A DNA stretch of 64,000 nucleotides from contig CATNEN010000038.1 of NCBI GenBank assembly GCA_950097015.1, positions 10,230,001 through 10,294,000 on the forward strand, given 5' to 3'. Position numbers and translations under genes: made by a program. Shown here piece by piece: positions 13,031 through 26,769 of the stretch (the stretch's first letter is position 1; every line of letters begins with the position of its first letter). Origin of the DNA: Macrostomum hystrix. Lineage: Eukaryota > Animalia > Platyhelminthes. The notes beneath the pieces were generated by a model. The model worked only from the letters and a program-made list of their open reading frames with translations. It was not told the origin of the DNA and did not search any database.

Positions 13031-13633
13031 GTTTTTAAGAAGAAATTTTCTTGAGTCGTGAACTTTTTTTATTTTGCTGCTGCGCGTTAAAATCTGCGGC
13101 GGTTTTTCATGATAGTCGGAATAATGGAGAACATCAGGGAGGATCTTTAGAGCATTTTCGTTGTTAAGTGGTAATAGTACTATTTAAACAACATCAAACA
13201 ATTACTGCAGACAAAACGTAAACGTAATGACAGAAAGTATGAATTCATGGACACATACAATCTCTATGTTGTTTTGTCCCGTTAAACAATAGTACTTAAG
13301 CAATGAAAGTATTGCATGACTAAAAAATCATGAATAAAAACGAAATTTATGAACATATGGCATTAATTCTACTGGATTAATAAATGTATTAAATATTGTT
13401 AACAGACAGAATTTTTGATATGCAGAGAAAGACACACTGTGAAAAATTCAGTAAAAAACTACCCAGAAAAATAATTGAAACATTTTATCTTTCTCCAGTC
13501 ACACTCTTCAAAGTAAAAAATGAAAACAAATGTTTTTTATCATTTATGATGCACAACAAACACTACATTTCTAACAGATATTAGAAATCGGGTCAAAAAG
13601 ACTGGACTGGTCCCGAGAATTTCCTTATGGAGT

Positions 13634-14370
13634 ATCTGGAGTGTTGCGATATCTTGATAAGGATCTGCGGTGTTGTGATGTCTTGATAAGGATCTGGAGT
13701 GTTGTGATGTCTTGATAAGGATCTGGAGTGTTGTGATGTCTTGATAAGGATCTGGAGTGTTGTGATGTCTTGATAAGGATCTGGAGTGTTGTGATGTCTT
13801 GATAAGGATCTGGAGTGTTGTGATGTCTTGATAAGGATCTGGAGTGTTGTGATGTCTTGATAAGGATCTGGAGTGTTGTGATGTCTTGATAAGGATCTGG
13901 AGTGTTGTGATGTCTTGATAAGGATCTGGAGTGTTGTGATGTCTTGATAAGGATCTGGAGTGTTGTGATGTCTTGATAAGGATCTGGAGTGTTGCGATAT
14001 CTTGATAAGGATCTGGAGTGTTGCGATATCTTGATAATGACCTGCGGTGTTGTGATGTCTTGATAAGGATCTGGAGTGTTGTGATGTCTTGATAATGACC
14101 TGCGGTGTTGTGATGTCTTGATAAGGATCTGGAGTGTTGTGATATCTTGATAAGGATCTGGAGTGTTGTGATGTCTTGATAAGGATCTGGAGTGTTGCGA
14201 TATCTTGATAAGGATCTGCGGTGTTGTGACATCTTGATAAGGACCTGGAGTGCTGTGATAATCTTGATAAGGACCTGGAGTGCTGTGATAATCTTGATAA
14301 GGACCTGGAGCGTTGTGACATCTTGATAAGGACCTGGAGTGTTGTGACACCGTCATAAGGATCTGGCGTA
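13634..14370. repeat. 29-bp minisatellite (~25 copies)
   Basis: (gataaggatctggagtgttgtgatgtctt)n just 3' of YKT6. Confidence 0.96.
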
Positions 14371-14509
14371 TGTAGTGAACCAGAAGAACCACGCGAGGAT
14401 TGTACGTCAGCTGGCTCTCGATTTATACAAGACAACATCAGTACGAAGAGCAGAACCGCTGCTGCATCAGCTTAGCCCACAGTCCGAGGTTCGGCTGGTC
14501 TGTGTCAAG

Positions 14510-16328
14510 TCACAGTGCATTGCAGCACTTTCTTGTTCGCTTTGCCGTCTCGTAGAAGGCCTTGCTCTGAGCACTGAGAGCGTCCGAGCGAGCCACGAGG
14601 TCGTCCAGTTTCTCACCGCGATCCAGAAGACTCTCCATCGTGTGCGTCATGATAGCCTTCGTGTCGTCGATGTCGCCCTGAATCTTAGACATTGCGTCGG
14701 CTTTTTTCGGATCCTGATAGCGAGCTAGCTCAGCCTCCAGCTGCTTGAACTGCACTGTACTGCACGGATCGGGGAGTGTTTGTGAAATTAGAAAAAAACT
14801 ATTTTTAACCAAAAATTACAAAGCGACAAAGTTTATGTTGAGCAGACGGGAACTCACTAGGGCTGAAAGGTCTGCCAACTGCTGGCAGGATATTGCTCAG
14901 TGAAGTCTTCCATCACCTAAAATAGGTGTCGGTTTGTTCTTAGTACGTTCAGTTAGTATTTGAGGTGCAAAAAACAAAAGAAAAGATAACGAAAACAAAA
15001 GATATCAGCAGTTTTTGCAAATGAGGAATACAGCTAAAGGTTTAACCGAGCATAGACCACGCCAATTCCTCCCCTGGGGAAGGACCAAGGGGATATTTCA
15101 AGTACCCAATGTCCTAGGATGAGAAATTTCGGCCGGATGTACACATCTGCGAGATTGAACAGCAGCATCAGCAGAATGGGTATATTTCCTCCTCGCTGGC
15201 TACAGGAGGTTGTCAGTGCTCACTGTAATTACCATCGCTAAAAATTATATTGCAAATATTCTTCTAACTGTTACAACTTGTAGTTTCTGTAATTATTTTG
15301 TTAGTATTACAGTACATTAGAACAGTTTATTATTTTTTAATTGTTCACGCTTGATTTCCCGAAGCGGTTCGTGCAAAAGTCGCCTCTCTTTACCTTGCTG
15401 AGCAGACTCTGGGCCACCCTAGCCGGATACTCGTCATCCGAGATGCAAATTCCGGCCAGCTTGTCTCCCCGCACAAAGCAGTGACAGATGTAGGCCTGCT
15501 CAGGCACCTGGCTGCGGCCGGAGTCCTGGGGCGAGCGTTCGACAATCAGCTTGCCAGTGAAGTCCATGAACTCCTTGGCGCTGGTTGGTAGATGATGGGC
15601 GATGGAGATTAGTCCACAGTGGAGCGTACGCATTGGAATATGTAATTGCGTGGAACATGTACTTATAGAAGAACGTGCACTTTTACTGAAAGGGTATACT
15701 TGTATGGAGAGCGTACTTGTAGTGAAAGGTGTAATTTTAGTGGAAGGTGTACTTTTAGTGGAAGGTGTACTTTTACTGGAAGGTGTACTTTTACTGGAAG
15801 GCGTACTTTCACTGGAAGGTGTACTTTTACTGGAAGGTGTACTTTTACTGGAAGGTGTACTTTTACTGGAAGGTGTACTTTTACTGGAAGGTGTACTTTT
15901 ACTGGAAGGTGTACTTTTACTGGAAGGTGTACTTTTACTGGAAGGTGTACTTTTACTGGAAGGTGTACTTTTACTGGAAGGTGTACTTTTACTGGAAGGT
16001 GCACTTGTAGTGGAAGGTGCAATTTTAGCGGAAGGTGTACTTGTAGTGGAAAGTGTACTTTTAGTGGTTTAGTGGAAGGTGTACTTTTAGTAGGTGTACT
16101 TTTTGCGAAGCATGCGCTTTAAATGGCAAATATACTTTTAGCGAAATAGGTAGGACTTCCAGGTAGTTTGGGGGACTTTCGAAATCAGTTTTTTTCGCTC
16201 GGGATCTCCAGTTCAAAAACTCACGTCCGTCTCTCGAAGAAGCCAAACGATGACAAATCGTGCACCGCAGTTAGCGGGGTGACACGGTTCTCCTGCTTCA
16301 GCATAAGCTGCAGAGAGAACAGTCGCAT
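14510..16328 (-). CDS. YKT6: Synaptobrevin homolog YKT6 (longin R-SNARE), 4 exons, 199 aa
   Basis: Exons 16328-16225, 15580-15394, 14916-14858, 14759-14510. Motifs: MRLFSL..DLSSFGFFER, KEFMDFT, DEYPARVA, YQDPKKAD, LLDRGEKLDDLV, SKAFY, and C-terminal CCNAL (CCaaX lipidation motif). Confidence 0.96.
15110..15240 (+). mobile_element. Diverged SINE family A relic in YKT6 intron 2
   Basis: Keeps gatgagaaa, gatgtacaca, tcagc.gaatggg and cctcctcgctggct in order. Confidence 0.6.
15680..16100. repeat. 18-bp minisatellite
   Basis: (ggaaggtgtacttttact)n in YKT6 intron 1. Confidence 0.95.
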
Positions 16329-16680
16329 AGCTAGTCGGTTTCTGTGGTGTGAATCAGTGCTGGTTTTTTTTAACGGATACTGAAGAAAATTGAGTTTTAA
16401 AAAGTTGTGGCATTGGTCAAACATTTGATGTGTAAAAGCTCAACCTGCGACATGGAATTAAGTATTGTGTTAGCTATATCGTCAAACAGTGATTTAGAAT
16501 TGCAAACATATGCTAGCTGTCACCATTGAAGCATCAATTTTAAATGTATATTTATATAGCAATCGTAACATACAAATGTGATTTCAGAACTTAAAAAAAT
16601 ACTGGTGCTAATTATGTTAAGGATTAATTATGTTAAGGATTAATTATGTTATTAATTAAGGATTAATTATGTTATGTGTT

Positions 16681-19600
16681 AGGATTCTCCCCAATCCTAC
16701 ACTCAGGTTTCTCCCAATCCTACACTCAGGATTCTCCCAATCCTACACTCAGGATTCTCCCCAATCCTACACTCAGGTTTCTCCCCAAGCCTACACTCAG
16801 GCTTCTCCCCAAGCCTACACTCAGGATTCTCCCCAATCCTACACTCAGGATTCTCCCCAATCCTACACTCAGGTTTCTCCCCAAGCCTACACTCAGGATT
16901 CTCCCCAAGCCTACACTCAGGATTCTCCCCAATCCTACACTCAGGATTCTCCCCAATCCTACACTCAGGATTCTCCCAATCCTACACTCAGGATTCTCCC
17001 CAATCCTACACTCAGGTTTCTCCCCAATCCTACACTCAGGATTCTCCCCAATCCTACACTCAGGATTCTCCCCAATCCTACACTCAGGTTTCTCCCCAAG
17101 CCTACACTCAGGATTCTCCCAATCCTACACTCAGGATTCTCCCCAATCCTACACTCAGGATTCTCCCAATCCTACACTCAGGTTTCTCCCCAATCCTACA
17201 CTCAGGATTCTCCCCAAGCCTACACTCAGGATTCTCCCCAATCCTACACTCAGGATTCTCCCCAATCCTACACTCAGGTTTCTCCCCAAGCCTACACTCA
17301 GGATTCTCCCCAATCCTACACTCAGGATTCTCCCAATCCTACGCTCAGGATTCTCCCCAATCCTACACTCAGGATTCTCCCAATCCTACACTCAGGATTC
17401 TCCCCAATCCTACACTCAGGTTTCTCCCCAAGCCTACACTCAGGATTCTCCCAATCCTACACTCAGGATTCTCCCCAATCCTACACTCAGGATTCTCCCA
17501 ATCCTACACTCAGGATTCTCCCCAATCCTACACTCAGGTTTCTCCCCAAGCCTACACTCAGGATTCTCCCCAAGCCTACACTCAGGATTCTCCCCAATCC
17601 TACACTCAGGATTCTCCCCAATCCTACACTCAGGTTTCTCCCCAAGCCTACACTCAGGATTCTCCCCAATCCTACACTCAGGATTCTCCCCAAGCCTACA
17701 CTCAGGATTCTCCCCAAGCCTACACTCAGGATTCTCCCAAGCCTACACTCAGGATTCTCCCCAATCCTACACTCAGGATTCTCCCCAATCCTACACTCAG
17801 GATTCTCCCAATCCTACACTCAGGATTCTCCCCAATCCTACACTCAGGATTCTCCCCAATCCTACACTCAGGATTCTCCCAATCCTACACTCAGGATTCT
17901 CCCAAGCCTACACTCAGGATTCTCCCAATCCTACACTCAGGATTCTCCCAATCCTACACTCAGGATTCTCCCCAATCCTACACTCGGATTCTCCCAATCC
18001 TACACTCAGGATTCTCCCCAATCCTACACTCAGGATTCTCCCAATCCTACACTCAGGATTCTCCCAATCCTACACTCAGGATTCTCCCCAATCCTACACT
18101 CAGGTTTCTCCCCAAGCCTACACTCAGGATTCTCCCCAATCCTACACTCAGGATTCTCCCAATCCTACACTCAGGTTTCTCCCCAATCCTACACTCAGGA
18201 TTCTCCCCAATCCTACACTCAGGATTCTCCCCAATCCTACACTCAGGATTCTCCCCAATCCTACACTCAGGATTCTCCCAATCCTACACTCAGGATTCTC
18301 CCCAATCCTACACTCAGGATTCTCCCCAATCCTACACTCAGGATTCTCCCCAATCCTACACTCAGGATTCTCCCCAATCCTACACTCAGGATTCTCCCCA
18401 ATCCTACACTCAGGTTTCTCCCCAATCCTACACTCAGGATTCTCCCAATCCTACACTCAGGATTCTCCCCAATCCTACACTCAGGTTTCTCCCCAAGCCT
18501 ACACTCAGGATTCTCCCAATCCTACACTCAGGATTCTCCCCAATCCTACACTCAGGTTTCTCCCCAAGCCTACACTCAGGATTCTCCCCAAGCCTACACT
18601 CAGGATTCTCCCCAATCCTACACTCAGGATTCTCCCCAATCCTACACTCAGGATTCTCCCAATCCTACACTCAGGATTCTCCCCAATCCTACACTCAGGT
18701 TTCTCCCCAAGCCTACACTCAGGATTCTCCCCAATCCTACACTCAGGATTCTCCCAATCCTACACTCAGGATTCTCCCCAATCCTACACTCAGGATTCTC
18801 CCAATCCTACACTCAGGATTCTCCCCAATCCTACACTCAGGTTTCTCCCCAAGCCTACACTCAGGATTCTCCCAATCCTACACTCAGGATTCTCCCAATC
18901 CTACACTCAGGATTCTCCCCAATCCTACACTCAGGTTTCTCCCCAAGCCTACACTCAGGATTCTCCCAATCCTACACTCAGGATTCTCCCCAATCCTACA
19001 CTCAGGTTTCTCCCCAAGCCTACACTCAGGATTCTCCCCAAGCCTACACTCAGGATTCTCCCCAATCCTACACTCAAGATTCTCCCCAATCCTACACTCA
19101 GGATTCTCCCAATCCTACACTCAGGATTCTCCCCAATCCTACACTCAGGATTCTCCCCAATCCTACACTCAGGATTCTCCCAATCCTACACTCAGGATTC
19201 TCCCAATCCTACACTCAGGATTCTCCCCAATCCTACACTCAGGTTTCTCCCCAAGCCTACACTCAGGATTTCTCCCCAAGCCTACACTCAGGATTCTCCC
19301 CAATCCTACACTCAGGATTCTCCCCAATCCTACACTCAGGATTCTCCCAATCCTACACTCAGGATTCTCCCCAATCCTACACTCAGGTTTCTCCCCAAGC
19401 CTACACTCAGGATTCTCCCCAATCCTACACTCAGGATTCTCCCAATCCTACACTCAGGATTCTCCCCAATCCTACACTCAGGATTCTCCCAATCCTACAC
19501 TCAGGATTCTCCCCAATCCTACACTCAGGTTCTCCCCAAGCCTACACTCAGGATTCTCCCCAAGCCTACACTCAGGATTCTCCCCAATCCTACACTCAGG

Positions 19601-21317
19601 ATTCTCCCCAATCCTACACTCAGGATTCTCCCAATCCTACACTCAGGATTCTCCCCAATCCTACACTCAGGTTTCTCCCCAAGCCTACACTCAGGATTCT
19701 CCCCAATCCTACACTCAGGATTCTCCCAATCCTACACTCAGGATTCTCCCCAATCCTACACTCAGGATTCTCCCAATCCTACACTCAGGATTCTCCCCAA
19801 TCCTACACTCAGGATTCTCCCAATCCTACACTCAGGATTCTCCCCAATCCTACACTCAGGTTCTCCCCAATCCTACACTCAGGATTCTCCCCAATCCTAC
19901 ACTCAGGATTCTCCCCAATCCTACACTCAGGATTCTCCCCAATCCTACACTCAGGATTCTCCCCAATCCTACACTCAGGTTTCTCCCCAAGCCTACACTC
20001 AGGATTCTCCCAATCCTACACTCAGGATTCTCCCCAATCCTACACTCAGGTTTCTCCCCAAGCCTACACTCAGGATTCCTCCCCAAGCCTACACTCAGGA
20101 TTCTCCCCAATCCTACACTCAGGATTCTCCCCAATCCTACACTCAGGATTCTCCCAATCCTACACTCAGGATTCTCCCCAATCCTACACTCAGGTTTCTC
20201 CCCAAGCCTACACTCAGGATTCTCCCCAATCCTACACTCAGGATTCTCCCAATCCTACGCTCAGGATTCTCCCCAATCCTACACTCAGGATTCTCCCAAT
20301 CCTACACTCAGGATTCTCCCCAATCCTACACTCAGGTTTCTCCCCAAGCCTACACTCAGGATTCTCCCAATCCTACACTCAGGATTCTCCCCAATCCTAC
20401 ACTCAGGATTCTCCCAATCCTACACTCAGGATTCTCCCCAATCCTACACTCAGGTTTCTCCCCAAGCCTACACTCAGGATTCTCCCCAAGCCTACACTCA
20501 GGATTCTCCCCAATCCTACACTCAGGATTCTCCCCAATCCTACACTCAGGTTTCTCCCCAAGCCTACACTCAGGATTCTCCCCAATCCTACACTCAGGAT
20601 TCTCCCCAAGCCTACACTCAGGATTCTCCCCAAGCCTACACTCAGGATTCTCCCCAATCCTACACTCAGGATTCTCCCCAAGCCTACACTCAGGATTCTC
20701 CCCAATCCTACACTCAGGATTCTCCCCAATCCTACACTCAGGTTTCTCCCCAAGCCTACACTCAGGATTCTCCCCAATCCTACACTCAGGATTCTCCCAA
20801 TCCTACACTCAGGATTCTCCCCAATCCTACACTCAGGATTCTCCCAATCCTACACTCAGGATTCTCCCCAATCCTACACTCAGGTTTCTCCCCAAGCCTA
20901 CACTCAGGATTCTCCCAATCCTACACTCAGGTTTCTCCCCAAGCCTACACTCAGGATTCTCCCCAATCCTACACTCAGGTTTCTCCCAATCCTACACTCA
21001 GAATTCTCCCCAATCCTACACTCAGGTTTCTCCCCAAGCCTACACTCAGGATTCTCCCCAATCCTACACTTAGGATTCTCCCAAGCCTACACTCAGGATT
21101 CTCCCAATCCTACACTCAGGATTCTCCCAATCCTACACTCAGGATTCTCCCAATCCTACACTCAGGATTCTCCCAATCCTACACTCAGGATTCTCCCCAA
21201 TCCTACACTCAGGATTCTCCCAATCCTACACTCAGGTTTCTCCCCAAGCCTACACTCAGGATTCTCCCCAATCCTACACTCAGGATTCTCCCCAATCCTA
21301 CACTCAGGATTCTCCCA
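16681..21317. repeat. 23/24-bp satellite, 4.6 kb
   Basis: (aggattctcc[c]caatcctacactc)n, preceded by a short (taattatgttaaggat)n run at 16608-16680. Confidence 0.98.
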
Positions 21318-21444
21318 TTCCAACACCTTAGATTTTCTAGCTCAAACATTTAGTATGCTCAGACATACTCGCGATTCGTTAATGACAAAGGAAAAGCTGT
21401 TCAATGTTTTAGAGTCTTGAGTGGTTGATGAAGTCGCAGCCAAC

Positions 21445-21627
21445 TCAGCGACCAGCGAAATCTTTCAGCACATCGCCGAGGGTCTTCTCTTTCGAGCCGG
21501 GTAGCGCGGGCGAGTGCCGGTGCTCCAGCATGAGCAGATAGCAGAGCACCGCAGTCTCCAGCACCAAAGCCGCAGTGACGCCGATGCATAAGCGCCGATT
21601 GACGCTCAAGAAGCTGCCAGGCTTCAT
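21445..21627 (-). CDS. Candidate 60-aa single-pass membrane microprotein
   Basis: GC-rich island; AG acceptor (tttagcag) directly before the ATG; basic RR followed by hydrophobic LCIGVTAALVLETAVLCYLLML. No family recognised. Confidence 0.3.
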   Translation of the reverse strand: MKPGSFLSVNRRLCIGVTAALVLETAVLCYLLMLEHRHSPALPGSKEKTLGDVLKDFAGR

Positions 21628-22096
21628 CTGCTAAACTCCGAGTGATGCTTCCTAAGAAAATGTGCACTCAAAACCAACAACTGCGTTGAGCACATGCAGA
21701 GAAGTTTTTTGAGAGAGTGTAATAAAACTGGCCGGATGGGTGGGTAAATGCTGGGAGAATGGAAGGAATGGAAGGGTGAAAGTGAACGGGTGAGTCCCAC
21801 ACTTATCTGGGATGAGTTCACAACGGAATACAAGGTCGATGCTGTGCAGCTGTGCTGTGCTGCTGGTGAGTAGGAGCGGACAACCTCAACCCCACCCGCA
21901 TTCCTGGCCACTGGTTACTAGCTCCTTTCTCGATCGTTTGTTGGATGGAGGTTGGGCGTTCTTAGTGTACTCCAAATGGCTGGCCAACTTTGCCTGCTCA
22001 GACCCACGCTGACCTACTTACACTCACACACATACGTGCGGCGGTGAATTTCTGCCGCAACTTATGATATGCTCTATTCGATATACGCTAGTTTGA

Positions 22097-22570
22097 GGAA
22101 TCCACCCCTTCAGGAATCCGCTCTCCTCAGGGATCGCTCTTTTCAGGAATCTTCCCCTTCAGGGATCCGCTCTTTTTATTAATCCGCTCTTTTCAGGGAT
22201 CCGTCCCTTCAGGAATCCGCCCCTTCAGGAATCCGCTCTCCTCAGGGATCCGCTCTTTTCAGGAATCCGCCCCTTCAGGGATCCGCTCTTTTTATTAATC
22301 CGCTCTTTTCAAAGATCCGCTCTTTTTAGGAATCCGCCCCTTCAGGAATCCACCCCTTCAAGAATCCGCCCCTTCAGGAATCCACCCCTTCAGGAATCCG
22401 CTCTCTTCAGGAATCCGCTCTTTTCAGGGATCCGCCCCTTCAGGAATCCGCCCCTTCAGGAATCCGCCCCTTCATGAATCAACCCCTTCAGGAATCCGCC
22501 CCTTTAGGAATCCGCTCTCTTTAAGAATCCGCCCCTTCAGGAATCCGCCCCTACGGGAATCCGCCCCTTT
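22097..22570. repeat. 17-19-bp minisatellite
   Basis: (caggaatccgcccctt)n variants. Confidence 0.92.
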
Positions 22571-24045
22571 AAGACAGGCCTACTTGAGTCCCTCCAAGTC
22601 CCCGCAAACAACCCGTCCAATCAGAATTATTAAAATATATTTAGTACACACCCAGTGCAAGCGCGAAAGTGCCAGACATCTATGTCCCCAGCCACCTTGG
22701 CTACGGTGAAAATAATGAACTAGCCCCCCAGGCATCGTTCATCATCACCTGAGCATCGATCACCGCCACCAGGCCTGTGGGCACTAAATCCATAAATATC
22801 TATCTCGGATGGTTAAAGTACACAGAAAAAATGTCGAAGAAAGCCCATACCGGCGTAAAGAAGTAAGCAAGTAAAGAATTAGGAAATAAATGGTTGGCTA
22901 GTGCGTGCTTGTTGTCACGGGGCACGACCGCGGACAGGTAATAGAAGCAACTTTGCTGTTAAAATAATACGGATATTGGCGCAGTATGCGTGCCTGTGAG
23001 TCCATTTTGCGTCAATGCAGAGTAGAGAAAGTGAGCACAGAATTTTGTGAGACGGAAGAAGCAGCAAGATCAGGATAAATGAGGGAAATGGATTTTTTAA
23101 TTAAAATTTTAGCCGATTCGCCGCCATGCCGAAATTATGGACCGATGGAAATTAATTGGGAATTTCTGGTAGTTAATAAAGAATTTTGAAACTAGGAAAT
23201 GAAATTTGATTGAGCGAAACATTACACTTGTAATTCACAAGGAGATTTGTAAATGTACATATTTATTGTAATGTTTTTGCAGAGCTAAACTACGGGAAGT
23301 GGGCTAATAGATCATAAAAATATATATCTAGGAAACTAACACCTGTGGGAAAATTGATTTCTAGGAAATAGAAAAATCTGTTGAAAACAAGGAAATTCGA
23401 GTTTACCAAGTCGGGTTTTTTTAAATGTTTTCTAGGAAGGAAAATCTGATTTCTAGGAAAATATCAGATTCTGCTATGCGTTTGGATGCGATTTCCAGGA
23501 AAATGCGTATGATTTACAAAATGATTTATTTCAAGAAAATGGAGTTCATGCAAAAATCAGATTTCTATAGTGAAGTTGGATATCCAGGAAATATTATCAT
23601 GCTGTTATCATGCACTTTGAAAATTAAATTGGTACGTAAAATTCATTTCTAGGAAAACCTGATTTCAGGCTGGGACTTTCATGCCGAAATCGAAATTTCT
23701 TCAAAAAGAAAACAATTTAAAATAAGAAGTACTGTACGAATAATTAAAATCTGTCTGAAAAAATCATTTTGTGCTTGGTTCGTAACTTTTCTACACTCTA
23801 GATTAGATTCCTAAAAGTACACAGAATCAAAAATCAACACGACAATAACCATTCCTCTGGGCTGAAGCTCATTTGCATTCTGCAAGGCGCCATCGATAGA
23901 AAAAAAACAGATCATTTTGGCAGCTTGAATACAGCGGGATGATCGCTAGACACAGTTACATTATTACAAGTATCATATTCTCCAACATTTGAGCATTGCG
24001 ACGCACGCTTGGCTGCCTCACAAAGATTTAATCAAGAAGGCGACA

Positions 24046-24260
<215 letters not shown>

Positions 24261-24862
24261 AGGCTCATTCCACAGGAATTGTAAGCTTTCACATTTATCC
24301 CTACCCTCGCTCCCTATAGAATGTTATATTTTTCTTGGCCATAGGCCGCAGCAATTATGGCACAGCGTATGATATATGCCTTGGCATTAGTGAGGCTCGG
24401 CCGTGTTGTGTCCATCTGCTGCCTCACCCCATTTCACAGGCCTCTCAGTCCTCAGATATGAAGAGTGGCTCGAACGGAAAGGAGGTTGGGGAAGAGAGAG
24501 AGAGAGATGAAGACTCAGAGGCGGATAAGAATCTCAGAAGCTACGACTCAGACCTGATCGAGATAGGGGATCAGGCCTTGCATCCTCTCTCCCTCTCTGA
24601 CAGAAGCCTGCTCAAACAAACATCAACGCAGCTGCATAATCGTTGTAACCGGTGGGACGAGAAATTATTATTATCCCAAAAGCGGCCCGCGTACAGGGTT
24701 TTTGCAGCTTTGGATAAATCTAGTATAGCTCAGTTGGAGGTGGGGTGGGTCAGCGGCCAATTATCTACCCAGCCACCCCAAGCAGGAGACACGCAGGGCT
24801 TGCAGCTTCCGGAAAATATCCACGACCTGATAGGTGTTGAAAAAATAATTATTATAATCAGC

Positions 24863-24903
<41 letters not shown>

Positions 24904-25311
24904 TTAATTTCGCCCGCTTAATTTAGACTGGGCGATCACGCTGTTTGGCAATCGAAATGGCGTGATCGATGAAGTCTCGTCACCCACACAGCGCGTGACG
25001 GATTCATTCAGAAAACAAACAAGGATGCTTACCAGCTGCGATTTGCATTTGCGAGATCTACTAAAAATTAGTCGATCACTTTTAGGGATGTTTTGAACAA
25101 CAATTGCAAGTACTGTTTTCCCGATTTCTTTGGGTCTTGTGAAGTTTAAGGCATTGGAAATTTGCGATGCAGAGGTTGTTTTGAAGAAATGACACCTTTT
25201 ACAATTAGGCTAGGTGTGCTGTGCACAGCTGTTCAGTCCGTGGACTGAGTAGGACGTCAGAAACCCAAAATTTCTACCCAGCAGATGCTGGTGCGTGAAG
25301 TATTGATCAAT

Positions 25312-25570
25312 TATTATACATTGATTTCACCTGCTCCAATTGGGCCCGATGTGCAGCAGACAGCACAGCCGCAGCTATTGCGCGGCGCATCTGAAGGCTT
25401 CGTACGGCTGTTCAGTCCATGGACTGGGGGGACGCCACACCTACCCACAATTACCCAAGCTAATGCTGGCACCCATTTAACAGCTGGGTGAACTGAAGCA
25501 ATGCAGAGTTAAGTGTCTTACTAAACGACACAAATTGTTACAGTGGAGTCAGGAATCGAACCCCCGACCT
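25312..25570 (-). mobile_element. SINE family B copy (truncated upstream of B box)
   Basis: Colinear with ~8585-8835; an adjacent partial copy lies at ~25225-25295. Confidence 0.85.
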
Positions 25571-26112
25571 TTTTCTTCGAAAGCGCAGATCGCAGAATAA
25601 TATTTTTATTTAAACGCAAGGCAAAAAATGTTTACACAAGATTACTCACCTGTTATTTGCGTTTCTAACTGTCTCCTAGAAGAAGAACCTGCTTAGATAT
25701 TCTTTCGGTCAGCAAATCCTTTGAGAAGTTTTCCAATGTGCCTCGTGGGGAGCACAGCTTTGGGATTGAGGGATTTGCGAGACTTTAATCTGCGGAAAGC
25801 GCGGCCTGACACAAGCGCATTGGGTTGGGGAGGCGAGTTTGGGTTGGGATTCGAGCCCTGCAACTCAGCCAAGATTGGGTGCCAAGCGGGGCTTGGGAGG
25901 AGGGCAATGCGGAGCCGAGAGACGAGAAGAAAGAGCTGTTTGTGTGAGTCGGGAGCCGGTGAGGTCTTGAGTAGGTTTCGCCCGTCATTCGCTCATTGGC
26001 TGCAGGGCCATTGGGCTATTCGAAAGCCTTCCTTTTACATCAGCGGACTAAATGTCTGCGTCGACAGTTCGAATCCTAAAAATTGCACATTGAACAAGAC
26101 AATTAATTTCGG

Positions 26113-26260
26113 CATGCAGGAGGGCTGCGGGCAATGGCACATCATTTGGTGACACTAGACCCGCAGCCAGCGAGGAGGCAATTCTGCCCATTTCGCTGAC
26201 TCCTGAGCACACACGCACACAGATACTGTACGCAGGCACACGCTCACACAGGTGTGTCCA
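26113..26260 (-). mobile_element. SINE family A 3' half
   Basis: Reverse complement is nearly identical to 3510-3650. Confidence 0.85.
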
Positions 26261-26769
26261 TTTCTTCTTGCAATAGAATAGGTACCAGCATTAACTGGAG
26301 TAGACATTGCTAATTCAATTTGTGCAATTTTTTGAGACATTGGTCACGGAATTATTGTCAACTATTCTCTATTGCCAGTATGTCATGGTCTCTGATCAAA
26401 CAGCCAACCATCTCTAGACTAACTCAGTGAGCAGTAAGTACAACCAATCATTTATTAATGCCCGCCTTGTAAATTGGAAATCCTGCCAGAGGATCTGCCC
26501 GTTTGCCGCTTATAAATATTTCAATAGTCCATCGATGATGAAAGGCTAAGGTCTGATTGGTCCAAATGCTAAATGTCACATCAATAATTCTGGATGGACA
26601 GTTTTAGTAATTCGATTACAGTAATGTTAATTATTTTTCAGAGATTTTTTTAATTCCTCCGGTAAAACCTCAGTAAAATTGTAATTATACGAATTACATA
26701 GAAACGGATTATATAGTAAATTGTGGGGGTTCGTGGCTTATTATTGGAATCTTTAAAAATAATTAGATA

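Noticed and set aside
11319-13061. His/Thr-rich 563-aa ORF and antisense Cys/Val-rich ORFs
   Set aside because: Translations of a 30-bp minisatellite, open on both strands, with no unique domain or signal peptide.
16669-21420. 1583-aa and 1465-aa ORFs
   Set aside because: The 23/24-bp unit has no stop codon in any + frame, so the ORFs are automatic. The translation drifts between frames with single-C indels, some of which may be homopolymer sequencing errors.
24335-24907. 190-aa ORF ending in poly-Ala
   Set aside because: Non-ATG start, spans microsatellites, no domain recognised.
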